From an uncultured Nitrospiraceae bacterium (GTDB lineage: Bacteria > Nitrospirota > Thermodesulfovibrionia > Thermodesulfovibrionales > Dissulfurispiraceae): DNA of 21,371 bases. Position numbers and translations under genes: made by a program. Shown piece by piece: positions 1 through 9,791 of the stretch. The stretch is from assembly GCA_947085205.1 (NCBI GenBank), contig CAMTVO010000044.1:1-21371 (forward strand), written 5' to 3'. The notes below the pieces were generated by a model that made no database searches, was not told the DNA's origin, and saw only the letters and a list, made by a program, of their open reading frames with translations. Within the stretch, counting starts at the first letter, position 1. The number at the start of each line of letters is the position of its first letter.

Positions 1-1
1 A

Positions 2-1567
2 ATGAAGTTTATGCTCCGTCGGACTGTTGAGGAACACTTCAAAAAGGAAAAGTTTTATAAGGGCAAAGGAATTAAAGTCCTTTCTCTGTTTTTCATAGAC
101 AAGGTCAGGAACTACCGGGAATACGACATAAACGGGAATCCTGTAAAGGGCAAGTTTGCCGGATGGTTTGAGGAGATATACAATGAGCTTGCCGCCTCAC
201 CCCTTGCTCCCCTCTCCTTCAGGAGAGGGGCGGGGGGTGAGGTTCACAATGGCTATTTCTCACAGGACAACAAGGGAAAAGTGAAAGATACTGAAGGCGA
301 AAGTCAGGCGGATTATGACACTTACAAACTGATAATGCAGGACAAAGAGAAACTTCTTGACCCTAATATTCCTCTTCGCTTCATATTCAGCCATTCCGCA
401 TTGCGGGAGGGGTGGGATAGCCCGAACGTGTTTCAGATATGCACTTTGAACGAGACCAAATCAGAGATCAAAAAGAGGCAGGAAATAGGACGGGGCTTAC
501 GCTTATCGGTGAATCAAAACGGCGAGCGGATATTTGACCGCAACATCAACAAACTGACCGTTGTTGCCAATGAACGTTATGAAGATTTTGCAAAGGCCTT
601 GCAAAAGGAGATACAGGAAGACTGCGGAGTGGATTTCTCAGGAAGGGTAAAGAACAGGGGCGACAGGCAGAAGGTCAATTTCTGCAAGGGCTTTGAGGCA
701 GACCCGAAATTCCTGCAGATTTGGGAGAAGATAAAATTCCATACCCGATACAGCGTTGATTATAAGACAGATGAATTGATTGCTGCGTCTGCAAAAGAAG
801 TGAAGAACATGCCTGAAACGAAAAAGCCCTCCATTAAGTCAACCAAGAAAAAGGTCTTGATAACTCAGGAAGGCGTTGACGGGCTTTTGGTAAGCGACAG
901 CACCTCTCCCCTAACCCCTCTCCTTGAGGAGAGGGGATTAAGGGGTGAGGTTGAAATGCCGGACATGCTGGCTTATATTCAAGCAAAGACTGACTTGACG
1001 CGGCATACCATCATGGAAATACTCAAAAAGTCGGGGAGATTGGGTGAATCGCTGCTCAACCCTCAGTTCTTTATGGATAATGCTGTAGCCTCCGTCAAAG
1101 CAGTGCTGTATCAACTGATGGTGGACGGCATCAAGTATGAAAAGATCGGCAATAGGATATATGAAATGCAATTATTTGAAGATAATGAATTGGAAATATA
1201 CCTTGACCAATTCACCTTTGCGGTGAGTAACCCGGATAAGACTATTTATGAAAACTACATCCCTCTGGATTCATCTGTGGAAAACCACTTTGCACAAGAT
1301 TGCGAGAGTAGTGAGAATATCGAGTTCTATTTCAAACTTCCTTTTTGGTTCAAGATAAAGACACCCATTGGCACATATAACCCGGACTGGGCGATAGTAT
1401 TCAAAGGCGAAAAGAAAATCTATTTCGTAGCGGAGACAAAAGGTGACAAAGACCAGGAATTGAGACCCAGCGAGAAACTGAAAATCAAATGCGGAACAGA
1501 ACATTTCAGAAAATTTGAGGATGTTGTTTATAAGAGAGTGTCATCGGTTTCTGAATTGAACGGGTGA
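2..1567 (+). CDS. res: Type III restriction-modification enzyme Res subunit, C-terminal part (5' end outside window)
   Basis: Helicase C-terminal motifs SHSALREGWDSPNVFQICTL and QEIGRGLRL, VHNGYFSQD, and C-terminal PD-(D/E)xK nuclease motif YNPDWAIV...YFVAETKG. No Walker A or DEAD box in the window, so the Met at 2 is internal. Confidence 0.92.
   Translation: MKFMLRRTVEEHFKKEKFYKGKGIKVLSLFFIDKVRNYREYDINGNPVKGKFAGWFEEIYNELAASPLAPLSFRRGAGGEVHNGYFSQDNKGKVKDTEGESQADYDTYKLIMQDKEKLLDPNIPLRFIFSHSALREGWDSPNVFQICTLNETKSEIKKRQEIGRGLRLSVNQNGERIFDRNINKLTVVANERYEDFAKALQKEIQEDCGVDFSGRVKNRGDRQKVNFCKGFEADPKFLQIWEKIKFHTRYSVDYKTDELIAASAKEVKNMPETKKPSIKSTKKKVLITQEGVDGLLVSDSTSPLTPLLEERGLRGEVEMPDMLAYIQAKTDLTRHTIMEILKKSGRLGESLLNPQFFMDNAVASVKAVLYQLMVDGIKYEKIGNRIYEMQLFEDNELEIYLDQFTFAVSNPDKTIYENYIPLDSSVENHFAQDCESSENIEFYFKLPFWFKIKTPIGTYNPDWAIVFKGEKKIYFVAETKGDKDQELRPSEKLKIKCGTEHFRKFEDVVYKRVSSVSELNG
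195..242 (+). repeat. 48-bp GC-rich palindromic element, copy 1, in frame in res
   Basis: CCTCACCCC-TTGCT-CCCCTCTCCT-TC-AGGAGAGGGG-CGG-GGGGTGAGG; encodes SPLAPLSFRRGAGGE. Confidence 0.9.
903..950 (+). repeat. 48-bp GC-rich palindromic element, copy 2, in frame in res
   Basis: CCTCTCCCCTAA-CCCCTCTCCT-TG-AGGAGAGGGG-ATTAA-GGGGTGAGG; same 10-bp inner stem and same right end as 195-242; encodes SPLTPLLEERGLRGE. Confidence 0.9.
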
Positions 1568-1661
1568 TAGTTGGATTTGAATATTAATAACGCATGGGCG
1601 GGAAAGATGTTAAAAATAGATATTTCGCTGTAAAATACTAATAAACGATAGAGGAGCTTAT

Positions 1662-2252
1662 ATGAAGTCATTTGATGATGTCGTTAAATTTCACGGACAT
1701 AGCTGTCCGGGGCTTGCCTTTGGCTATAGGGCTGCATTGGCAGCAATGAAAGAGATAGACATGGAGAATATTTCTGAGGATGAAGAACTGGTTGCTATTG
1801 TGGAGAATAATTCCTGTGCTGTTGATGCCATTCAGGTGCTGACCGGCTGCACCTTTGGAAAAGGCAATCTTATTTTTAGAGATTACGGCAAACAGGTTTA
1901 TACATTCATCAAAAGGCCTTCCGGCGAGGCTGTAAGAATATCCGTAGATTTTACTCCTCCAGAAGAAACAGAGGAAGAAAAGGAAATGTGGAAGAGATAT
2001 TCTGAAGGAGACCGTTCAGAAGAGGTCTTGAAAGCTGTCCATAACCGAAAGGCAAAGAAATTAAAGGCTGTCTTGGATGCATCCGATTCAGAGCTTTTAA
2101 AAATAACGAAAATAAATGTGCCTTTCCCGCCGGAGGCGAGGATATACCCGAGCATCAGATGCGAGATATGCGGTGAGAAGGTTGCCGAGCCAAAGGCAAG
2201 GGTGAAGGATGGAAATATCGTGTGCATACCGTGTTTTGAAGGAGATGAATAA
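1662..2252 (+). CDS. FmdE/FwdE family protein with C-terminal zinc finger
   Basis: [35 protein letters not shown]-terminal CEICGE...CIPC; GAGGAG RBS. Confidence 0.9.
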   Translation: MKSFDDVVKFHGHSCPGLAFGYRAALAAMKEIDMENISEDEELVAIVENNSCAVDAIQVLTGCTFGKGNLIFRDYGKQVYTFIKRPSGEAVRISVDFTPPEETEEEKEMWKRYSEGDRSEEVLKAVHNRKAKKLKAVLDASDSELLKITKINVPFPPEARIYPSIRCEICGEKVAEPKARVKDGNIVCIPCFEGDE

Positions 2253-3130
2253 TGAAAAAACTTATCGAGAAGGCAAATATTTTGATTGAGTCTTTGCCGT
2301 ATATCCGCAATTTTTATGGGAAGACATTTGTCATAAAATACGGCGGGGCTGCACAGGTTGAAGAGGATTTGAAGGATTCATTTGCGCAGGATGTGGTTCT
2401 CTTGAGCTTCATCGGCATAAAGCCTGTCATCGTTCATGGCGGAGGGCCGAAAATAAGCGAGACTATGAAGAAGATGGGCAAGGAGCCTGCATTTATTTAC
2501 GGCCAGCGCGTGACGGACAAAGAGACGATGGATATTGTTGAGATGGTGCTCGGAGGGCTTATAAATAAAGAGATTGTTGCCCTGATAAACAACCACGGCG
2601 GCAAGGCGATTGGTTTGAGCGGCAAGGACGGAGGACTTATAAAGGCAAAAAAGAAGGTCATAAAAAAGTCTGCAGAGACAGGTGAAGAAGAGATTATAGA
2701 TATCGGACTCGTTGGTGAAGTTGAGTCTGTTGACCCGGAGATATTGAACTCTCTTGAACGGGACGGGTTTATACCTGTTATCTCACCTATCGGCGTTGGG
2801 AGTAAAGGTGAGGCATTCAATATTAATGCAGATTATGTTGCCTCTGCAATTGCATCGGCATTGAAGGCCGAAAAGCTGATACTGCTTACAGATGTACCCG
2901 GAATAAAGGATAAAAATGACAATGTAATATCATCGGTCAATAAAAAAGAAATTAAAAAACTAACCGATGACGGAACTGTTTCAGGAGGCATGCTTCCAAA
3001 GGTTCAGGCATGCACCCGCGCCATTGACGGCGGAGTGAAAAAGACACATATTGTTGATGGAAGGATACCCCACTGCCTTCTCCTTGAGATATTTACCAAA
3101 GAGGGCATCGGGACGGAGATAGTAGGGTAG
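2252..3130 (+). CDS. argB: Acetylglutamate kinase
   Basis: [55 protein letters not shown] stop-start overlap with the upstream gene. Confidence 0.97.
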   Translation: MKKLIEKANILIESLPYIRNFYGKTFVIKYGGAAQVEEDLKDSFAQDVVLLSFIGIKPVIVHGGGPKISETMKKMGKEPAFIYGQRVTDKETMDIVEMVLGGLINKEIVALINNHGGKAIGLSGKDGGLIKAKKKVIKKSAETGEEEIIDIGLVGEVESVDPEILNSLERDGFIPVISPIGVGSKGEAFNINADYVASAIASALKAEKLILLTDVPGIKDKNDNVISSVNKKEIKKLTDDGTVSGGMLPKVQACTRAIDGGVKKTHIVDGRIPHCLLLEIFTKEGIGTEIVG

Positions 3131-3176
3131 CATTCCTTGGGCTGTATGTACACCGAGCTTTTTACCTGCCATTTCC

Positions 3177-3206
3177 TTGACTTTAAAAACCTTTTAGTGG
3201 TAATTT
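3177..3206 (+). promoter_or_regulatory. Sigma-70-type promoter of ileS (predicted leaderless)
   Basis: TTGACT 3177-3182, 18 nt spacer, extended TG-G-TAATTT 3198-3206; ATG 7 nt after the -10; no Shine-Dalgarno. Confidence 0.6.
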
Positions 3207-3213
3207 TTCTGTT

Positions 3214-6054
3214 ATGCCGATTGATTACAAGGATACCCTTAATTTACCACAAACAGATTTTCCGATGAAGGCCAATCTCAACCAGAGAGAGCCTGACATC
3301 CTGAAATTCTGGGAAGAAAAGTCTGTCTATCAAAAACTTCAGGATAAGAATAAAGGCAATAAGAGGTATATCCTTCACGATGGTCCGCCTTATGCCAACG
3401 GCAATATTCATATTGGCCATGCGCTGAATAAAATCCTCAAGGATATAATCGTCAAATACAAATCAATGCAGGGGCATTATTCTCCATATGTGCCGGGATG
3501 GGACTGTCACGGGCTTCCAATAGAACTTCAGGTTGATAAGAATTTAGGTGACAAAAAAGAGCAGGTGGATGTGTTAAAGAAACGTCAGCTTTGCCGCGAA
3601 TATGCTGATAAGTTCGTCAATATCCAGAGGGAAGAATTCAAGAGGCTCGGTGTATTCGGCGATTGGGACAGGCCGTATCTCACAATGTCCTACGATTATG
3701 AGGCATCCATTGTGAGGGAGTTTTTCAGGTTTGTAAAGAATGGTTCTGTTTATAAAGGCAAAAAGCCTGTTCACTGGTGTCCTTCATGCGTAACCGCTCT
3801 TGCAGAGGCAGAGGTCGAGTATGCGGAGAAGGAGTCGCCATCGATATTTGTAAGGTTTCAGATAATCAATGAAGACATTTTAAAATGCCTGCCGCAGTTG
3901 TCAGGCAAGAAGGCATATATCATAATCTGGACGACCACTCCGTGGACGCTTCCTGCAAATCTTGCCCTTGCAGTGAATCCAGAGCTTACCTATGTTGCGG
4001 TTGAAGACGTTGGAGAGGTACATATCATTGCTGAGGACAATCTCGAAAACCTCAAAGAGAAGAATGTCGTCAAAGGCAATGTTGTTCTAAAAATTTCCGG
4101 AGATAAGCTCGAAGGCATAAGGGCGAGACATCCGTTTATAGACAGGGAATCAAAACTTATTCTTGGTGATTTTGTCACTGTAGGCGAAGGCTCAGGCATT
4201 GTTCATATTGCGCCAGGCCACGGCGAGGATGACTATGATGCCGGACTTAAATACGGACTTGATATTTATGCGCCTGTTGACGACAAGGGCAAATTTACGA
4301 AGCATGTCCCTGAGTTCGAAGGGCAGTTTGTTTTCAAGGCGAATGAAGGGATTATCGAGCTTCTGAAAGAAAAGAATGCCCTTTTAGGCGTTGATAAAAT
4401 CAGGCATTCTTATCCTCACTGCTGGAGATGCAAAAAGCCTGTCATATTCAGGGCAACTGCCCAATGGTTTATTTCAATGGAAAAGAGGAATCTGAGGGCT
4501 AAGTGTCTGAAGGAGATAGAGAGGGTTGAATGGATTCCCTCATGGGGCAGGGAGAGGATACACGGAATGGTCTTAAACAGGCCTGACTGGTGCATTTCGA
4601 GGCAGCGGTCATGGGGAGTTCCTATAACACTTATTACCTGCGAAGACTGCGGTGCATTCATCGAGGATGAGGATTTATTCAATAAGGTTACAGGGCTGAC
4701 AGAGCAGAAGGGCGCTGATATTTGGTTTAAGATGGATGTCAAAGACCTTCTTAAAGACGGGTATAAATGCAATTGCGGAAGCACATCATTTAAAAAAGAG
4801 ACGGACATCCTCGATGTCTGGTTTGACTCAGGCGTAAGCCATGCAGCGGTTTTAGAGAGAGATAAGAGGCTTTTATGGCCTGCTGAAATGTATCTTGAGG
4901 GAAGCGACCAGCACAGGGGTTGGTTCCAAAGCTCTCTCTTTGCATCTGTCGGGACAAGGGGAAAGGCGCCTTACAACATAGTCCTTACACATGGATTTAC
5001 AGTGGACGGACAGGGAAAGAAGATGTCAAAGTCCCTCGGAAATGTTATTGCGCCGCAGGAAATCATCAAGGCCAATGGTGCTGATATTTTGAGATTATGG
5101 GTCTCTGCTGAGGATTACCGGGATGATGTAAGGCTTTCAAAGGAAATCATAAATAGACTCACAGAGGCATACAGGAAAATCAGAAACACAGGAAGATTCC
5201 TTCTTGGCAATATCTACGACTATGATGGAAAGGACTACAGCAATAATCTGCTTGAGATAGACAGATGGGCGATGTCGAGGCTTCAGGGGCTGATAAAGAA
5301 GGTTGCCGAGGCTTATGAAAACTTTAATTTCCATGAGGTTTTTCATTCCATCTATAACTTTTGCATTGTTGATATGAGTTCCTTTTATCTCGATATTTTG
5401 AAAGACCGTCTTTATACCTTCAAAACGGATTCTCCAGAAAGGCGTGCAGCGCAATGGGTTATGTACCGGATACTTGCTGACATGACAAGGCTGATGGCTC
5501 CTGTTCTTTCATTCACCTCAGAGGAAATATGGAATTATGTGCTAAAACAGCAGTCAGCAGTCAGCAGTCAGCAGTTACCCCCCTTAACAAGGGGGGGATG
5601 GGGAGGTGAGGAAGATATGGAAAGTGTCTTCCTTGCAGGTTTCCCCACTGTTAGGGAGGAATTTGTCAACGAGGCCATTGAAAAGAGATGGGAAAAACTC
5701 ATAGATATAAGGGATGAGGCAAATAAGGCGCTTGAGATAAAAAGAAAGGATAAATTCATCGGAAATGCCCTTGAGGCAAAGCTGGTGTTTTATCTGCCTG
5801 ATGAGGAATTGAATCTTTTGCAGGCCTATAAAGACTTTCTGCCTGCGCTTTTCATTGTCTCCGAAGTCAAGATTCATCCATCAAGCCATAAGGCAGGGGA
5901 TGTTTATGAGAGCACAGAGATTAAAGATATGTTCATAAAAGTGGAAAGGGCATCAGGCAGCAAGTGCGAAAGATGCTGGAACTGGAGCGTATCTGTTGGA
6001 AAATTTGAAGATCATCCGCAGGTCTGTGAAAGATGCTACAATGCAATCAAATAA
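3214..6054 (+). CDS. ileS: Isoleucine-tRNA ligase (type 1)
   Basis: LHDGPPYANGNIHIGH, GWDCHGLPIE, WTTTPWT, KMSKS, C-terminal CERCW...CERC zinc finger; followed by lspA. Confidence 0.99.
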   Translation: MPIDYKDTLNLPQTDFPMKANLNQREPDILKFWEEKSVYQKLQDKNKGNKRYILHDGPPYANGNIHIGHALNKILKDIIVKYKSMQGHYSPYVPGWDCHGLPIELQVDKNLGDKKEQVDVLKKRQLCREYADKFVNIQREEFKRLGVFGDWDRPYLTMSYDYEASIVREFFRFVKNGSVYKGKKPVHWCPSCVTALAEAEVEYAEKESPSIFVRFQIINEDILKCLPQLSGKKAYIIIWTTTPWTLPANLALAVNPELTYVAVEDVGEVHIIAEDNLENLKEKNVVKGNVVLKISGDKLEGIRARHPFIDRESKLILGDFVTVGEGSGIVHIAPGHGEDDYDAGLKYGLDIYAPVDDKGKFTKHVPEFEGQFVFKANEGIIELLKEKNALLGVDKIRHSYPHCWRCKKPVIFRATAQWFISMEKRNLRAKCLKEIERVEWIPSWGRERIHGMVLNRPDWCISRQRSWGVPITLITCEDCGAFIEDEDLFNKVTGLTEQKGADIWFKMDVKDLLKDGYKCNCGSTSFKKETDILDVWFDSGVSHAAVLERDKRLLWPAEMYLEGSDQHRGWFQSSLFASVGTRGKAPYNIVLTHGFTVDGQGKKMSKSLGNVIAPQEIIKANGADILRLWVSAEDYRDDVRLSKEIINRLTEAYRKIRNTGRFLLGNIYDYDGKDYSNNLLEIDRWAMSRLQGLIKKVAEAYENFNFHEVFHSIYNFCIVDMSSFYLDILKDRLYTFKTDSPERRAAQWVMYRILADMTRLMAPVLSFTSEEIWNYVLKQQSAVSSQQLPPLTRGGWGGEEDMESVFLAGFPTVREEFVNEAIEKRWEKLIDIRDEANKALEIKRKDKFIGNALEAKLVFYLPDEELNLLQAYKDFLPALFIVSEVKIHPSSHKAGDVYESTEIKDMFIKVERASGSKCERCWNWSVSVGKFEDHPQVCERCYNAIK
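5548..5575 (+). repeat. Heptamer tandem repeat (CAGCAGT)x4 inside ileS
   Basis: Four perfect units; encodes QQSAVSSQQ. Confidence 0.9.
5578..5611 (+). repeat. Palindromic element inside ileS, related to the res elements
   Basis: CCCCCCTT-AAC-AAGGGGGG followed by GATGGGGAGGTGAGG; ends in GGTGAGG like 195-242 and 903-950; encodes PPLTRGGWGGE. Confidence 0.8.
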
Positions 6055-6532
6055 AGAAATGACCTCATTACTCCATTACATTACTCCATTACAGAGTTTC
6101 ATCATTGCCCTGTCTGTTTTTATACTCGACCAGCTTACGAAATATCTCATAAAAACTTATGTAAGTTCCTTTGAAGTTATAAGGGTGCTGCCATTTTTCA
6201 ATATTGTATATGTGGAAAATGTTGGCTCTGCCTTCGGCATGTTCAAGAGCCTTGGAAATTTTTTCTTCGTAGCAGTTGCTGCCATGGCAATCATTTTTGT
6301 ATCAATCCTTATTATCAAGGACAAAGACAACAGATTAGGTTTTTCCCTCATACTCGGCGGCGCAGCAGGAAATCTTGCAGACAGAATCATATACGGCTAT
6401 GTCATAGATTTTTTGGATGTCTATGTAGGCAGATTTCACTGGCCTGCATTTAATGTGGCTGATTCAGCCTTGACAATTGGAATTTTTTTGTTATTGATAA
6501 AAACATTCTTTCATGGGAAAACTTCCAGATAA
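6041..6532 (+). CDS. lspA: Lipoprotein signal peptidase (signal peptidase II)
   Basis: DQLTK, NVGSAF, GAAGNLADR, VIDFLD, FNVADS; usual ileS-lspA order. Start placed at ATG 6041, overlapping the ileS end; 6059 is an alternative. Confidence 0.93.
   Translation: MQSNKEMTSLLHYITPLQSFIIALSVFILDQLTKYLIKTYVSSFEVIRVLPFFNIVYVENVGSAFGMFKSLGNFFFVAVAAMAIIFVSILIIKDKDNRLGFSLILGGAAGNLADRIIYGYVIDFLDVYVGRFHWPAFNVADSALTIGIFLLLIKTFFHGKTSR
6066..6091 (+). repeat. Tandem duplication CATTACTCCATTA x2 (CATTACTC octamer-like) in the lspA 5' end
   Basis: Identical 13-mers at 6066-6078 and 6079-6091; encodes LLHYITPL before the first transmembrane helix. Confidence 0.7.
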
Positions 6533-6561
6533 TTGACTGCAAATTTACCCCATGATATTCT
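6533..6561 (+). promoter_or_regulatory. Sigma-70-type promoter of the pdh operon (predicted leaderless)
   Basis: TTGACT 6533-6538, 17 nt, TG-A-TATTCT ending at 6561; ATG 8 nt downstream; no SD. Confidence 0.65.
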
Positions 6562-6569
6562 TTTATTAA

Positions 6570-7625
6570 ATGCCTGAGAGAATAATTAAATCCTTTGATG
6601 TAAGACATCTTTCCATCCTCGATGAAAAAGGGGATGTGGATGCAGCCCTCATGCCCCCATTGTCCGACTCTGATATAAAGAAAATCTATGAACTTCTTGT
6701 CCTGTCAAGGACATTTGACCATTATGCCTTAAGCCTGCAGAGGGAAGGAAGGATGGGCACATATGCATCCATCTTAGGACAGGAGGCATCCCAGATAGGC
6801 AGCGCCTTTGCCATTGAAAAATCCGACTGGATATTCCCGTCATTCAGGGAGATGGGCGTTTACATAACAATGGGCTATCCCATGCATATGCTCTTTCAAT
6901 ACTGGTCTGGCGATGAAAGGGGAATGAAGACGCCGGATGATTTAAATATATTCCCTCTTTGCGTGCCTGTCGGGACACAGGCACCCCATGCAGTCGGCGC
7001 TGCAATGGCTGCGAAATACAAAAAAGATAAGACAGCGGTTATCTGTTATTTCGGAGACGGCGGCACTTCAAAGGGCGACTTCCATGAGGGATTCAATATG
7101 GCGGGTGTTTTCAATCTGCCTGTAGTTTTCATCTGCCAGAACAACCAGTGGGCAATATCTGTGCCGAGGGAAAGGCAGACCGCATCAAAGACACTCGCGC
7201 AAAAGGCATTTGCATACGGCTTTGAAGGCATTCAGGTTGACGGCAATGATGTATTCGCTGTCTATAAGGCGACAAAAGAGGCTCTTGAAAAGGCAAGAAG
7301 CGGAAATGGCCCTACATTTATTGAATGCTTTACATATAGGATGTCTGACCATACTACAGCGGATGATGCGGCAAGATACAGGTCAAAGGACGATGTAGAG
7401 GCATGGAAGCTGAAAGACCCTATTTTGAGACTGAAATTGTTTATGGAGAAAAAAGGACTCTGGACAGAACAATATCAAAGTGAGATGGAAGATAAATCAA
7501 AGGCTGTAGTTGATGAGGCTGTAAAGAAGGAGGAGGCAATTGAGCATCCGCATCCGCAAGATATGTTCGGATACACGTATAAAGACTTGACTGAAAGACA
7601 ATCGATACAGATAAAGGATTTCTGA
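6570..7625 (+). CDS. pdhA: Pyruvate (2-oxoacid) dehydrogenase E1 alpha subunit
   Basis: TPP motif GDGGTSKGDFHEG...QNNQWAIS, GQEASQIG, YRMSDHTTADDAARYR. Substrate (pyruvate versus branched-chain) is not provable from sequence. Confidence 0.88.
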   Translation: MPERIIKSFDVRHLSILDEKGDVDAALMPPLSDSDIKKIYELLVLSRTFDHYALSLQREGRMGTYASILGQEASQIGSAFAIEKSDWIFPSFREMGVYITMGYPMHMLFQYWSGDERGMKTPDDLNIFPLCVPVGTQAPHAVGAAMAAKYKKDKTAVICYFGDGGTSKGDFHEGFNMAGVFNLPVVFICQNNQWAISVPRERQTASKTLAQKAFAYGFEGIQVDGNDVFAVYKATKEALEKARSGNGPTFIECFTYRMSDHTTADDAARYRSKDDVEAWKLKDPILRLKLFMEKKGLWTEQYQSEMEDKSKAVVDEAVKKEEAIEHPHPQDMFGYTYKDLTERQSIQIKDF

Positions 7626-7626
7626 T

Positions 7627-8589
7627 ATGCCCAAACTCAATATGGTTCAGGCAATAAACCTTGCATTAAAAGAGGAGATGCAGAGAGACAGTAATGTCGT
7701 CATCCTTGGCGAGGATGTCGGCAGGGATGGAGGCGTGTTCAGAGTTACAGAAGGCTTGTTTGAACAATTCGGGCATGAAAGAGTCATAGATACTCCTCTT
7801 GCAGAATCTGTTATTGCAGGCGCTGCTATCGGAATGGCAGTTTATGGATTAAAGCCGGTGGCAGAGATTCAGTTTATGGGATTTATCTATCCTGCAATTG
7901 ACCAGATATTCTCGCATGCATCAAGAATCCGTAATCGTTCAAGGGGGAGGTTTATATGCCCTATTGTGATAAGAGTGCCGTACGGAGCAGGCATAAAGGC
8001 TCCGGACTTACATTCAGAAAGCACAGAGGCATTGTTCTGTCATATGCCCGGCCTGAAAGTAGTTGTTCCATCATCGCCGTATAATGCAAAAGGATTATTA
8101 ATCTCATCCATTAGAGACCCTGATCCTGTGATATTCCTTGAATCAACGAGGCTCTATCGCCTCATAAAAGAGGATGTGCCTGAAGGCGAATATACAATAC
8201 CTCTTGGCAAGGCGAGAATAGTGCGGGAAGGAAAGAATGTAACAGTAATAGCATGGGGAAGCATGCTTCACAGGGCTTTGCAGGCAGTGGAAGGACTTGA
8301 TGCAGAGGTGATAGATTTGATGACACTCAATCCATTTGACGAAGAGACTATTTTAAAGTCTGTGAAAAAGACCGGACGTGTTGTGATTGTGCATGAAGCG
8401 CCCAAGACATGCGGATTTGGAGCAGAGCTTTCAGCGACCATTGCAGAGGATGTAATGCTTTATTTGAAGTCTCCAATAATAAGGGTTACGGGTTATGATG
8501 TTGTTATGCCCCTTCCAAAACTTGAAGATTATTACATGCCGACAGCGGAGAGGATAAGGAAGGGGATTGAAGAGGTAATGAAATATTAA
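7627..8589 (+). CDS. pdhB: Pyruvate (2-oxoacid) dehydrogenase E1 beta subunit
   Basis: GEDVGRDGGVFRVT, DTPLAES, EIQFMGF, LHSES, VVIVHEA. Confidence 0.88.
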   Translation: MPKLNMVQAINLALKEEMQRDSNVVILGEDVGRDGGVFRVTEGLFEQFGHERVIDTPLAESVIAGAAIGMAVYGLKPVAEIQFMGFIYPAIDQIFSHASRIRNRSRGRFICPIVIRVPYGAGIKAPDLHSESTEALFCHMPGLKVVVPSSPYNAKGLLISSIRDPDPVIFLESTRLYRLIKEDVPEGEYTIPLGKARIVREGKNVTVIAWGSMLHRALQAVEGLDAEVIDLMTLNPFDEETILKSVKKTGRVVIVHEAPKTCGFGAELSATIAEDVMLYLKSPIIRVTGYDVVMPLPKLEDYYMPTAERIRKGIEEVMKY

Positions 8590-8600
8590 AGGAGTTTAAT

Positions 8601-9791
8601 ATGCCGTTTGATTTTGTATTGCCGGATTTGGGCGAAGGTATAACAGAAGGGGAGATAAGGAAATGGCTTGTGAAGGAAGGCGATGCCGTTGAGGAGCATC
8701 AGAATGTGCTTGAGATAGAAACCGACAAGGCAATAGTGGAAGTGCCGTCTCCTAAAAAGGGCAGGGTATTTAAGATTAATAAAGAAGAAGGCGAGATAGC
8801 AAAGGTCGGAGAGATATTGATGACAATTGCTGAAGAAGGCGAGCAAATAAAAAAGGAAAGGGAAGAAAAACCAAAGGCTGAGGAGAAGCCAAAATCAGTC
8901 TCGGTTGTCGGCGTTCTTCCGGAGGAGGAAGATGAGGAAATACTCGCAACGCCTGCTGTAAGGGCATTGGCAAAAGAGCTTGGAGTAAAGCTCGAGACTG
9001 TCAAAGGCTCAGGCCCAGGAGGAAGCATTACAAAAGATGATGTCAGTGAGGAATCAGAAAAGACAAAAAAGACAGAAGACCAGTATGGCGCTATAGAAAG
9101 AATACCTTTAAGGGGATTGCGAAGAACGATAGCAAAGAATCTTATTCTGTCACAGAGGGCAACTGCATTTGTAACAGGCATGGATGAGGCGGATGTTACG
9201 GACTTGTGGAATCTAAGGGAAAAAGAAAAGAAGTCACTATTGGAGAGAAATATTCATTTAACATTTCTGCCGTTTTTCATAAAGGCTGTACAGCATGCCC
9301 TTGTAGAGCATCCGATGTTAAATGCGTCTGTAGATGAAGAGAGGGAGGAAATAATCGTCAAAAAATATTACAACATCGGAATTGCTGTTGATACTCCAGA
9401 CGGCTTAATGGTGCCTGTGATAAAGGATGCTAATAAGAAGACTATCCTTGAGCTTGCATTAGAGCTTCAGAATTTAAGCCAGAAGGCAAGGGAGAGGAAG
9501 ATAAAGCTTGAGGAGATGAAGGGAAGCACATTCACAATCACAAACTACGGGCATTTCGGAGGAATATTTGCAACGCCTATAATCAATTATCCGGATGTTG
9601 CAATTCTTGGAATCGGAAAGATTTCTGACAAGCCATGGGTTAAGGACAGCCAGATTGTAATCAGAAAAATACTCCCACTTTCTTTGACTTTCGACCACAG
9701 GGTGACAGACGGCGTCGATTCGGCAAAGTTTCTGTCAAGGATGATTCAATATCTTGAAGACCCTGCGTTGTTGTTTATTGAAAGCGCATGA
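8601..9791 (+). CDS. pdhC: Dihydrolipoamide acyltransferase E2
   Basis: One lipoyl domain (EIETDKA), subunit-binding domain (ATPAVRALAKELGV...GSGPGGSITKDD), catalytic DHRVTDG; AAGGAG RBS. Confidence 0.9.
   Translation: MPFDFVLPDLGEGITEGEIRKWLVKEGDAVEEHQNVLEIETDKAIVEVPSPKKGRVFKINKEEGEIAKVGEILMTIAEEGEQIKKEREEKPKAEEKPKSVSVVGVLPEEEDEEILATPAVRALAKELGVKLETVKGSGPGGSITKDDVSEESEKTKKTEDQYGAIERIPLRGLRRTIAKNLILSQRATAFVTGMDEADVTDLWNLREKEKKSLLERNIHLTFLPFFIKAVQHALVEHPMLNASVDEEREEIIVKKYYNIGIAVDTPDGLMVPVIKDANKKTILELALELQNLSQKARERKIKLEEMKGSTFTITNYGHFGGIFATPIINYPDVAILGIGKISDKPWVKDSQIVIRKILPLSLTFDHRVTDGVDSAKFLSRMIQYLEDPALLFIESA

Noticed and set aside
3131..3213. T-box or other leader upstream of ileS
   Set aside because: Only 83 bp, no T-box motif, and the promoter appears to abut the start codon.
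5548..5575. Phase-variation switch in ileS
   Set aside because: A frameshift here would remove the C-terminal region of an essential synthetase; implausible unless a second ileS exists.
5996..6040. ORF-track start of lspA at 5996
   Set aside because: It would overlap ileS by 59 bp with no LspA-like sequence; ATG 6041 or 6059 is more plausible.
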